Source: Mesotaenium endlicherianum
Lineage: Eukaryota
Direction of reading: 5' to 3'
Assembly: GCA_009602735.1 (NCBI GenBank)
Contig: WELA01001245.1
Location: 64,415-128,414 of the forward strand
DNA: 64,000 nt
Positions 11,029-22,203 of the stretch are shown here, one piece after another. The notes beneath the pieces are model-generated. The model was not told where the DNA came from, did no database searches, and saw nothing but the letters and a program-made list of their open reading frames with translations. Numbering within the stretch: position 1 is the first letter of the stretch; the number at the start of each line of letters is the position of its first letter. The position numbers and the translations under genes are program-made.

Positions 11029-13331
11029 AGAGGTGCGAGGGTGGCGTGAAAGGGGTGATTGGAGACATCGAGTGAAAGAAAGCGATGAACTCTCCAGAAG
11101 CTGCACGATAGGCGGTTGCACCTGTTGTTGTGGCCGCGGCTGTGGCTCTCAAGCCCAGAACTTATTACCCTAACCCCTACACATGTTCCCGTTTCATGAT
11201 CATAAACCCTGACCCCTGAACCCGGAGGTACCCTGAGAGCAACACAGCACACATCCCTACATGCCAGCATGGACGCTAGTCCTGTTGCTAGGCCTCGACG
11301 AGATTCATACCCCGTGACCTAATCGTAACCCTAAAGTCTAGTTCAGCCGCAATCCAACCCAAACCTTGGAGCTAATCCTTGACCCTGGCCTCCCCCGCAG
11401 GTGCCAGACACAACCCTGCGCCAGGTGGCGCAGGCAGGTGGGCAAGACAGGCACGAAGCCTTCAAGGCCCCCAACTGCAACTAGCACGTCCGTGTTGTGG
11501 TCTAGAGGTTCAAGGTCTAGCTGGGTTCATGTTAACCCATGGACACCGAAAGCTGCAGCAGCTGACTCAAGTCCGAGTCGCCGTAAGCTGGCCCCTCGAC
11601 ATTCTTCATGGACGAACCTTTCTCCCAACAGATGCACAGGGCCTAGAGACCGCCGAGATCCATGGAGATCAAGGGCCCAGCCTTCTCCTAGGGCTAGGGC
11701 TGAGAGCCAGAGGCAGCTATCAGCCACCCCGACCAGCCCTTCCGGATAGGTTTATTCTGTCTTCCAGATGTAAAAGTGCAACTGAAAAAGGAGGTGTCTG
11801 CTCCGACAGGCCCAAACCCTCAAACCCTGCACCCAATGCCCTTAACGACAACCACGGCCACCTGGCTGAGAAGGCAGCAAGATGAGTGAGCCGCTTCAAC
11901 AGCCTGACCGCCGGAAGAGAAGAAGCTGGGCTGGGAGCCTTAACCCCGAACCCTTGCCCCAAAACCGAAACCTAACCCTATGCCCACGACCGTTCAACCC
12001 TCAGCAGCGCTACTGGCGTCTTGCTCTCGGGCTGGCCGTCAAGGCCGGGAGAAGAAGCACCAGTGAGGCTGCTTGCAGAATGTTCTGCTCCCTTGAAATG
12101 CGACAGAAGATGGCGGGAGATTCATCGGAGCAGGAGCAGGAGCAGGAGGGGCAAGGGCGGGAAGAGCAGCAGCAGCGGCAGCAGGAGCAGGGGCAACTCC
12201 AGGCGGCAGGGTCCCAGAATCTAAGTCATCAAGCAAACAGGCAGCAGCTTGCTTTAAGAGGAGTTCTCAAGTCAGTAAAGGGAGTGGTGCCCGACAAGGC
12301 AGACGTGCTTAGAGAGACAAGCAAACAGGCGGCAGCTTGTCATGAATCGAGAGCACACGCTTCATTAAAAAGGGAACTGTGCCCGAAAAGGCAGAGGTGC
12401 TCAAGGGGACGAAGCAAAGACAGCAAGCAGGCAGGCAGCAGCTTGCAGCGCCAGGAGCACAAGAGCAGGTAAAGGAGGCCGTGCCAAAAAAGGCAGAGGC
12501 ATACCACAGCCCCGGCCACAGGAGGAGCCATGTGCCTATCGGCTTGTCCAGCCTGGCCAGGTGTGCATACGGCTGCAGACCTCTCGGGACCACTCTCTCG
12601 ATCCAGGTGGCGGCTGGAGCAGGCGTCTCAGCTGAGGAGCCACCGGCAGCCTCCTGCTGCAGTGCAGGGTTCAGGGCTTTAGCTTCATGCAAGCCCTCCC
12701 GTAGCTTAGCAGGAGCCCCAGCATCTGGCTCTTGTGACGGCTGAGCACGGCTGCCACTCCCACAACCATGGGCCTTTTCAGTGCTGCAGAGTGTGCTAGT
12801 GGTACTCAGAGGTCTGCCGTCCCCACTCTTAGGGTATCTGAAGTTTGGAACTGAGCCCAGTTGGCCTGTGAGCAGGATGGCGCCCTTGGCACCAAGCATG
12901 CCTGCTGGGCATGCTCTGCTTGCATTTCCAGGAGAGATGGAACGGCTGGGTTCTTGAATGCCTCCATCATCACTTTGCAGCTCAAGGACCCTTCTACACT
13001 GTGCTCGCAAGTAGGAAACTTCAAGCCTTTCATTTCCTGTCAAGTTCTCCCGCCGTGTCCTTCCATAACTTAGTGCAATGTCAAGTTGCCAGAGTGACTG
13101 TGCTGGCTGATGAGGCTTGCAGATAGATCGAAGGTAGGCATTGCACTTCCAGTCCTTATTGAAGGGGGGGACTGCCTCTGTCACAGCCCAAGGTACCGGC
13201 ACAGCCTCTATATATTTGCTCGTGGCAATGTCATCCTTAGCAGTACAAAGCAAAGGTGCTCTATCCAAGCCTCGCCGTGCTCTCGCCCTGTAAGTTGCCA
13301 AAGCTCTTGTCACAAATCGATGCCTTGACAT
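5070..13331 (-). CDS. COQ2: 4-hydroxybenzoate polyprenyltransferase (UbiA family, ubiquinone biosynthesis), 8 exons
   Basis: Phase-consistent exons: 13331-12505, 10975-10840, 10044-9923, 9137-9068, 8119-7970, 7157-7022, 5726-5630, 5139-5070 (TAG). Motifs: [79 protein letters not shown]. The Arg-rich N-terminus resembles a mitochondrial presequence. Plant name PPT1. Confidence 0.95.
5160..5345. repeat. Degenerate (CA)n microsatellite in the last COQ2 intron
   Basis: Interrupted cacacaca tract. Confidence 0.9.
6137..6208. repeat. (CA)n microsatellite
   Basis: Near-perfect CA tract. Confidence 0.95.
12231..12504. repeat. Three degenerate tandem units of ~90-100 bp at the 5' end of COQ2 intron 1
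   Basis: The unit agcaaacaggcagcagcttg...gtgcc(c/a)gaaaaggcagag starts at about 12231, 12319 and 12421. Confidence 0.8.
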
Positions 13332-14211
13332 TGTCACAGGATGTATCTCATGCTAGACACCTACATTTGAAATCTTCTATACCAACGCACGATTGCATTA
13401 AGCGATACCCAAACACATAAACTACCGCATTGACTGAAAGTGACTTTATTAATCATCCAACCACCAGTTTAGCTGTGTACAAACTCCCATCACAGAAAAA
13501 GGACCTGCGCTCAGTACGAGCGCACAAAGATTTGCAAGCGGTACACTTTTATCGAGACGACATGGCCGAGGTTGATTGCTCTAGCTTTCAGTAATTCCAT
13601 GCATGTTCATAGGCACCCAAAGCACTTACAGTGCACCAAAAGCGATAAAAATCAACCATGCAAAAACATTTCCCCTCATCACCCTCTTTCGTCTGGTACA
13701 GGCCGGTGCGTATATCGGTGTGACAACTTCAAGTTTTTTAAGATATGAAAACGGTATGTCATATTCGAGTAAGGTGAAGACCGTTTTATATGGTTTTGTA
13801 TCATTTCAGAATGGTTTTCCACGAAGCAACGCAGTTGATCGCATTACGTCGGTAAAGTACATCTTTATCGCATATGGATGTGGACGTCCATCTACATGCT
13901 TGAGCCCCTTGCATGACTCGTCACACTCCCGTTACATGAGTGTCGGTACTGGAGCAAAGCTGTCACTAAGCCTTCTGACCTTTCTGTAGATCTCTTCTAT
14001 TGCCTAAGTTTGCTGCATGAGAAACACTACAGCTACAGACCCGAGTGTATGAGAGCGCCAGAGGTAGCTAGAATCGGTGAAGTCAGACAAAGGAGGAGTG
14101 TTTTTCAAAGACAGATTACCATCCTGACAGGTCCCATGTTCGGCTGTTACTTGATTTCTTCCACAAACTGAGGTTCTGTTTCTCGTTAGTAGTTTCAGAT
14201 ACAATACCACA
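13332..14211. promoter_or_regulatory. Probable bidirectional promoter/5'UTR region between head-to-head COQ2 and BAG6-like genes
   Basis: About 880 bp between divergent start codons, AT-richer than the flanking CDS. Inferred from gene geometry only. Confidence 0.55.
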
Positions 14212-17200
14212 ATGTCTAAAGATGCAGCCGAAAGCTCGTCCCCGGCTAGCGAAGAGAAGCTCAACTTGAAATTGAAGACGTTGGATCAAAACACATATAG
14301 CATCAGCGTGTCAAAGAATGTAAGCTTTTTGTCAAGTGGATGTTCTTGCTTGTTTGTCTTAGAGGGGCTGTTGTCTTCACGCGTTTTTATTTGGAGATCA
14401 CTTCACAACAGCTCGGAGCGCGTCTAATCATGTCGATGGTATTTATATGCAGATATCTGTGACGGAGTTAAAGGAGCAGATAGCTCAAGTATCTGGGGTA
14501 CCTCTTGAGCAACAACGTGTCATCTGCAGGGGAAAAGTTTTGAAAGAAGGCCAACCCTTATCTTCTTACAGTATCCTCCTCATGAGCCTTTGACTCTGCG
14601 TGATGGTCTTGTTTGTTCCATATCCACTTTTGTCCTTTTAATTGTACGATGTTCCAAGCATAAAAGTACACGTTGACGTGACTGGAAACTAAAATTTGGA
14701 GACTGACAACGAGTGAATTATGGGAGTCTTTCCACCGTGGGCGTTGTAAACGAGTAGCTCAGATTACAGTGTGGCCCTAATCCTTAACACCTCATCAAGA
14801 TGTCGAAGAAGGGCATGTTCTACACTTGGTGGCAAGGCAACCTGCAGAGCAGCTTCCACAAGCAAATGCTGGAGATAACGGGAGTGAGGAAAGTGGACGA
14901 GGTCTTTTGCATAACCTTCCTCGGTATCTGTCTCTGAAGTAACATATGCTTCTACAAACTTAAGCTGAACAGCTGGCCGTTCGACTCCTCATAATTCATG
15001 ATGTCAGTGTTGCCAGTATTTCTACCTTGTAGACGATGCCAAGTACCATATTCTTGTCTTGACTCCAGGATGCATTGTAACTGCTCACCACCAGCAAGGT
15101 TTGTGTATAGGGTAGGTGAATTGCAAGAAGGGATATTGGGTTGGGCGTGGCTTGAGGGAGAGCAACACGTGATGCTATACTCTTCCAACTTTTTGAGGAG
15201 TATGTGGCAGAAGTTATCATACCCAAAACATATGTGGGTAACAAGGCTGACATTGCTGGCCTACGAAAAACTTGCTTGGGCCGGTTGAACCTGAGCTACT
15301 TACATTTGCTGCTAGTGCAGAGAACCTGCCAGTCGTGAAGTTTCAGGGCTTTCTTTTGGTCAGTAAATAACGACTGCAACGTCCTCATTTGCAGATGAGA
15401 ATGCGAATGGGAGCAACAGTGTTCTCATGGGCATCAATATATCTACGGACGGGGCAGTCCCAGACTTGGGCCGGGTAAGAGAAGGCCTAAATACACACAC
15501 TCACAATGGGCTCCATCATGACTGGCCCCAATACCTCTTTGCTCATGTCTGTGGGTAAGGTCGATGATGTGAGAGAGTGATCCTCATGAAAAACGTTATA
15601 TATCTGGGGTAGATTGAAGGTGCTATGATCAACCACTATGCTGCAACTTCTCCTTCCAAGCGAAAGAGACTTCTGCTTTGAGCCACTGGTCTTATATGTA
15701 AAAGCAATTTTCATACCCCTCCACGCCTGCTGTGCTGTACATCGCAGTTACAGCCTCCTGTGTGTTGCCCTATCTTCTGGTTTCTGGAAATACTTCCTAT
15801 GATGATGACATTCTAAGCAGACATTACCTGTGTAGGTCATCTTTACTTGCAAGCTTGCAGCATTGACTTCAAATTAAATGACAGCATCCGATGTGTGTTA
15901 GGTTGCAACATTGACTTTGTGTTGAAGGGTGCCGAGTGCAGATTGTGGCATCAGTGCTTAATTCCATCGGCCTCGCTGGTGCCATAGCCGCTCATGTACC
16001 CGTAAGCATGCTGTCTCCGTACCTCTGTCAGTAGGTCATCCTCTTTTGCATATGCAGATTGCGCAATTTGTTCTTGTGGGTTGTTTGTCGATTGAGATCT
16101 TGTAGTTACTGTCGATAAGATCATCCAAGAGCAAACAGCTTTTGTTACTGTTGCTTAACGCTGTGCTCACAAGGGTGTAACTGGATTTGAGAGACACTGC
16201 CTACTTGTAGTTATATATGCATTATTTCTCAGCTTGCCTGGAGAGGCCCGCCAAGGAGTAGCTGACTTGTGTCATACCATCATATACGTTGGCAGGGGGC
16301 ACCACTTGGAGCCCAAAGCACTTGCTGTGATATCAATATACATAGTGTATCTAGTGTATCTAGTATATGTACACGAGATACATTAGTATAAAAATCTTAA
16401 CCCACTTGCTCCTGCTGATCCATGTGGCAGGGTGCTGCAGCTGGCCAATCAGACGCAGCACCAGGTGCAAGCACAGGGCCAAGCTCTTCTGCACAGCAGC
16501 AGCAGGGAGGCGCTCCGGGACAGGCAGGGGCAGGGGCAGGGGGAGGACAGGGGGGAAGTCAGCAGGGGACGCAGGAAGCGTTTTCTGCTCCCGGCATACA
16601 GGTGCAGGTCGAGACTGTCTATGGCCTGTCGCCTGGCATGGCTCACATGGCTCACATGGCTCCGTTTATGGCCGGGAGGCCTGCAGCAGGAGCACCTGTT
16701 GGTGCCCATCCTGCGCAAGGCCTTCAGGTACCTTGGTGGCTTCGTTGGTTTTTGGCGTCAGGGTTAGGATTATGTGTGGGTATATATATGGAGTTGGTAT
16801 AATGTGTCCTAGGAGCTTGAGACAGGCCCTGCTGCAGGGTAGCTAGGCAAGGCAGTGCCGATGCGTGGGGTGCTTGCAGCTGGAGCATGCTGCAGGGTAG
16901 CTGGGCAAGGCAGTGTTTATGTATGGGCACTTCTGATGTCGCACTGGAGCAGAGGCAGGAGCTTGCTGCAGTGTAGTTAGGCAAGGGAGAGCCTCTGCGC
17001 GGGGTGCTTGTGTGTTGCACTGGGGCTTGAGGCAGGGCCTGCTGAGGGTAGTTAGGCAGGGCACCCCTGGAATTACCCAATTGCACAGAATGTTGCCGAA
17101 TAGTGGGTGGGTTTGAATACATGTGATGAGCAAAGGGCTCGTCTGCAGTTTGCAGCTTGAGCGACTCTTCAGTTGTTGACATGTGGAGAATGCATGCAAG

Positions 17201-20200
17201 CTCTGGCCTCCATTCATCCTCCTGGATAATCTATCATCCACACATGCAGTGCGGGAAGTGTGGACTTAGAGTGGCTCACTGGACGGGACGGCTCCTGATG
17301 CATTTTGTAGTATTTTGCTTGTGTTTATATCTATGTTCATAATACTAATGTAATCAATTAATGTTTATTACTATTTGTATTAATAAAGTAAAAAGATGGA
17401 CTGTCATATTCAATGCAGGCGACAGGCAGGACCATAACAGTGATGCACCAGTGCATGGACCTCCTGGAGCGCACTCTGCAATCGCATGGTATGCCGGTTT
17501 CTCGCACTCACGGTCATGACAAGACGGGCAATGACTGTCTCAGTGCTAAGATCTTCCCATCAACTGTCCCTGCTTAGCAGTAGCATACAAGAGTGTGCTG
17601 GTTGTGGCTGCATGTGTGTTTTGCCCCTGTTACGACACCTGCCAATTGAGGTAGTACGTCTCTACGTACCTCTGGAAGAAAGCATACAGAACACCCCTGT
17701 ATTAGTTTACATTGATCCCCTCCCCGCTACAAGCATTGCAGGACCAGCCTGCCATTGTATGTCATGCTGTGCCGCAAGCAACGTGTAAGTTAGGGAGGCC
17801 TGAAGTTGGGCAGATATATTATTAGCTTTTGTTGATGCCGCAAAGATGCAACTGTCAGTAGATGGGCGTTGTGCTGGGTGTCTCCCTGGAGCAAGCATTG
17901 CCGGACCTTCTCGCTGCCATATGTGCCACTTTTCGTTACGGAGACTTTTGCTTGGTGGAGTAAATGCCAGGAGTGATTGCCAGGAGCACGAGACTCTGAA
18001 AAAATCTTGGCTCATGTCCTCCATAAAATTCTTGGGGTTTGTTTTTTTATCTGAGGCTTATTTTCTGGTGCTGGAAGGCTGCCGTAGCGTAATTGCTCTG
18101 GGGCTGGACGGTTGCCATAGCATTCACCTGGGCATTAGTCAAGCCTCCTGCAAGGTCTTGTCGGTTGCTGAAAGCACACCATTACTCTGCTTGCTTACCC
18201 TGCTCATCACATTAATCGTCACAAGTACAGCTCAGACTTAGTGCACTAGTGCACTCGTTGCTACTGTTAGAGTTCAATTTGGCGGAAAACTTGCGCAACA
18301 GGAGACCACCTGCAGCCTATGACTCTTCTCTTCTGTGCTTTCTTTTGGCACGCAGAAGATACGTATCGGCAGAGGGATGCCGCACCCGCCAACCCGCCCC
18401 CAACCCAAGGTGCGTGTGTGTAGGTCGACCTCAATCCTTGCCACCTGGCATTCCAGGAGGTCCCGATGCAAGGGGCATGCAGTATCTTCCTCCTTGAAGA
18501 ATATGCATGTACCGGGGCAGGTCCGCAGTGTCCAGTACTGGGCGCTCCTCACGCAATATTATTTGTGAGGGTGGCTCTGCACCTTCAAATGCACTTCTAT
18601 CCAGTTGCATGCAGCACAATGGGGTGTTTTTTACGACACCCGCTTCTGCCTGGTCCTCTCCCTTGCACCCTCTCATCAGGCTTGCGTGGGGGAGGAGGAG
18701 CACCACCCCCGCCCTTGCCCTCAAGTCATACTGTCTGTGCCAGCTACATGCAGCAAGGCACTTCGTAAGACAATTGCTATCGCCTGGTTCTTTGCCTTGC
18801 ATCATCTCATCAGCTTTAGGAGGACAAGGAGCACCAGCCCCAACTCCAGCACCTGCCCCAGCCCCAGCCCCTGCCCCTGCCCCAGCCCCTGCCCCTGCCC
18901 CAGGCTCACCCCCACCCGCACCTGCACCCGCAGGTCAGGATGGAGCGCAGACAGCTGCTGGAGGAGCTGCTGCTGGCGGGAGGAGGTCTCCTGGAGCTTT
19001 GCCTGCCGACCTAGCAGCTGTCCTCCGCCGTGCCGAAGGCCTGGCTAGAAGCTTTGGAGCCGGCCCCCTGTCTGTGAGTGCCATATTCTCCCTCTTGCCC
19101 CCCCCCCCCCGCCCCTGCGGGAAGACCTGCGATGTGACTATTGTTGGTTCAGGAGGGGCATGGCGAGCTTTATTCACCAGTTCGTGTTGTTGGTCGAGAG
19201 GCGCGCGTGTGCTTGGTCTGGCGGCCATGGTGAGACGAGTTGAGGTGTGCTCGTTGTCGTGCTGTCCACCTGTGCCTCAAGGGGCTGGCGTTGGAGGAGC
19301 ACCAGGTGTATGGTGCGGCTGTGAGTCCGCGTTCCCAGCGTACTGTTGCCCTCTATGTCTGCCAGGCTTTTGTGTTGGTCAAGCAGGTGTGCCTCCCGGA
19401 AGCGTGGCTGTGGCGAGACGGCGTGTGGTCGTTGTCCTGCTGAAGCTTAAGGAGGGCCAGAGAGGCTCAGAGCTCTTCAGGGCTCTCAGCAGAAGCTGCA
19501 AGCACGCGCGCCACCACTCGGGCTGCTGATTCTGAAGTTCCTGTCGTGCCATGACGAGAGCGCTCCCTCCTGAACAGGAGTCATTCTGTGTGAGCTGTGA
19601 ATAACCCACATGCGCTCGCTCACGAGGTGTCAATTTTGTCAAAAACCTACGCGCTGGCGCACTCTGATTTTGAGGGGTGGGGCGGAGTACAGTGTTGAGT
19701 GCTTCAAAGCCTCTAAGCAAATCAATTCTCTAAGCATAGACAGTGACTAAAGGACGACAACTCCAAGGATTCATCGGCAACCCAGCGATCCTCACCCTTT
19801 AAAAAGCACCGGCAATACCTGCGTGCGTGTGGGATGCCTGGATCCCCTGCAGAGGCTGGCGAGCCGCCTGGAGGGCGCCGAGGGGCTGCAGGACGACGCA
19901 GGCCGCGCAGCGCTCCAGGCGGAGGCAGCAAACCTCGGCGCCGCCATGCAGTACATGGGCTCCCTGCTGCAGCAAGCGGGCTACGCCACGTCAAGCTTCC
20001 GCGCGGGGGGGGCAGCGGTAGGCGCCTCACACCTCATATGACAGCTGCCAAACCAACCCACGCCCCTCTTTCGCTTTCCTGTGTCTCGTGTCAACGCTCT
20101 GGGCGGTGTCACTGTGTCTTGTGTGCGTGTTTGTGTGCGTCGCTGTGTGCTCTCCTCCCCCACTCCCCCCCCCCAACCTTGGAAGGCTGGCACTTGATGG

Positions 20201-22168
20201 AGCTCCCCCCCCAAAGATTTGGATGAGGGTCTCGCACGTGCCAAATTGCTATCGTGGAGTACTATGGGACATGGGATATTCCAGGGACAGGGATCCACCT
20301 GTTGCCTCAGCTGGGGCGCCGTATCTCCAGCCCACAAACAACAGTCAAGAATATACTTCTCTCTCTTTTCTCTCCTTCCAGCAAGCTGCAGTGTCACGTT
20401 GTGTTTCTATCTCCACCTGTCCGCCGCCTTTCTAGCGGTCCGCAGGCATGCCTTCTCTCAAAAATTCTCGCACAGCAGTAACATGGCGATGTCTGCCTTA
20501 TCCAGCATCTTACACGCCTCACGCCTCCTGCAGAGAGGCCAGAGCACAATGTTCTCCAAGGAACTCAAGCTCAGCAAGCAGGGTGTGCCTTGCTGCCTTC
20601 CTGCCTCTCTATCTCTCTACCTCTCTGCCTCTCTGCCTCTTTCTGCTCTCCATCCTCTTCACCCTGTCGTGTGCTCTTCCCGTCTTCCTCCTGCTCCCTC
20701 CTCTGCAGGCTGGCGCCAACGTCCCACCAGGGACCGCAGGCGGAGCCGAAGCTCCGTCAAATCCTCCCCTCCCTGCCGGCTTCCGCTTTCCCGCTGGCCT
20801 CTTTGCTCAAGCTCAGCCGCCAATGCCCCCCCAGGGATCCTCCCAGGGAGCCCCCCAGGGTCCTGCTGCCCCTGCCTACACCAGCAGGTTTGTCTTCCCT
20901 GGTGGCACGCCAGCCAGGCCACAGCAGGGCCAGGGAAGTCTAGGGCAAGCTGGCGGGGCCCCAAGCCCTTCCCAGCCGGCAGGTGGCGGCACAACAGGTG
21001 GCGGCGCGGCGGCGGCTGCAGGAGGCTCTGGACCAGGGGCTGGCTTCAATCTCAACGTGCACCAGGGGCCCACGGAGACGTTCTCGATAAGCATCGACTC
21101 CAACGGCAACGTGCAGATGACGCCCGGTGCTGTGCCCCCAGGTACTGCCTGCTCGCTCCCTTGGCCGCCCCGCCGACTTTTTCGGAGCCTTGTCGCCCCT
21201 GTGCGCGTGCGCGTGCGCGTGCGCCTGCGCCGGCTTTCCTTGTTCCCGAGCGCTGCCATGTGCGTGCCTGTGTGTCGCTATGCCCTTGCATTCGTTGCCC
21301 TCTGTCCCGTAGCAACCCGTCTGGCAGCCCAGCGAGTTCCTCCCGAGTCCTGCTCGACCCGATCGGCGCTCTGTGGAGGCTCGAGGGCGCGCTGCTGAGG
21401 AGGGCTTCCTCGTTGTGGTCCCCCGCTGCTCTGCTTTGCCTCTGACCTTCTGAGGCTCGCCCTCCAGTTCAGTCGAGGGAACTCCGTGCTGGTTCCCGGC
21501 GCGGCTGACCGGCCTTTCACTCGGTCAGCCGCACGAAGCTCTGGAGAACTGCCTCGTTGTGCTCTCCCGCTGCTCTGTTCTGCTCTGCTCTCTGCTCTGG
21601 CCTTCTGAATATCGCCCTCTGGTTCAGCCAAAAGAGCAGCGTGCCCTTTTCTTGTGCAGCTGGCCAGGTGAGGCTGGCCAGCCCCTCATCTGGCCAGCTG
21701 CACGACGCGTTTGTGGAGGGCTGCCTGTGTGTGGCCCCTTACTGCTCCGCTCCGTCCACTTTGGCCATCTGATCCCCGCCCTCTGGCTGGCGTGCTGACA
21801 CAAACAGCCCATCTCAGGCTTCTCTCGAGCACCCGAGAGTATGTGTCTGTCAGCCCACTCTTCTGCAACTGAACCCTGTTGCCAGCACTCCTACTCAGCC
21901 ACACGTATGCGCAGCTCTACTTGGTCAGTTGCTCGACGCACTCGCCTGCCGTCTGCCCAGAGCTTCCCAAGCACCCGACCTGGAGGCTGATGCCAGTGCA
22001 GTCACACAGGCACCCCAGGGGGGGGCACTCTAACCGCCACCTTCGCCTCCTCTTTCTCAATGCCCCAGGTGCTGCGGGGGCGCCAGGCGCAGGCGCAGGC
22101 GCAGGAGCATTTGCAGGCTTCCCCCCCGGCTTCCCCTTCTTAACCCCCCAAGCCGGCCCTCAGCCCCC

Positions 22169-22203
<35 letters not shown>

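Noticed and set aside
13743..13791. Inverted repeat AAAACGGT...ACCGTTTT in the divergent promoter
   Set aside because: Only an 8-bp perfect stem; compatible with chance.
16812..17065. Spaced repeats superficially like a CRISPR array
   Set aside because: Degenerate repeats with irregular spacing, inside a eukaryotic intron, with no cas genes.
15795..17170. Box C-like RTGATGA motifs in BAG6 introns as possible snoRNAs
   Set aside because: No suitably placed box D with a terminal stem, and no recognisable rRNA guide.
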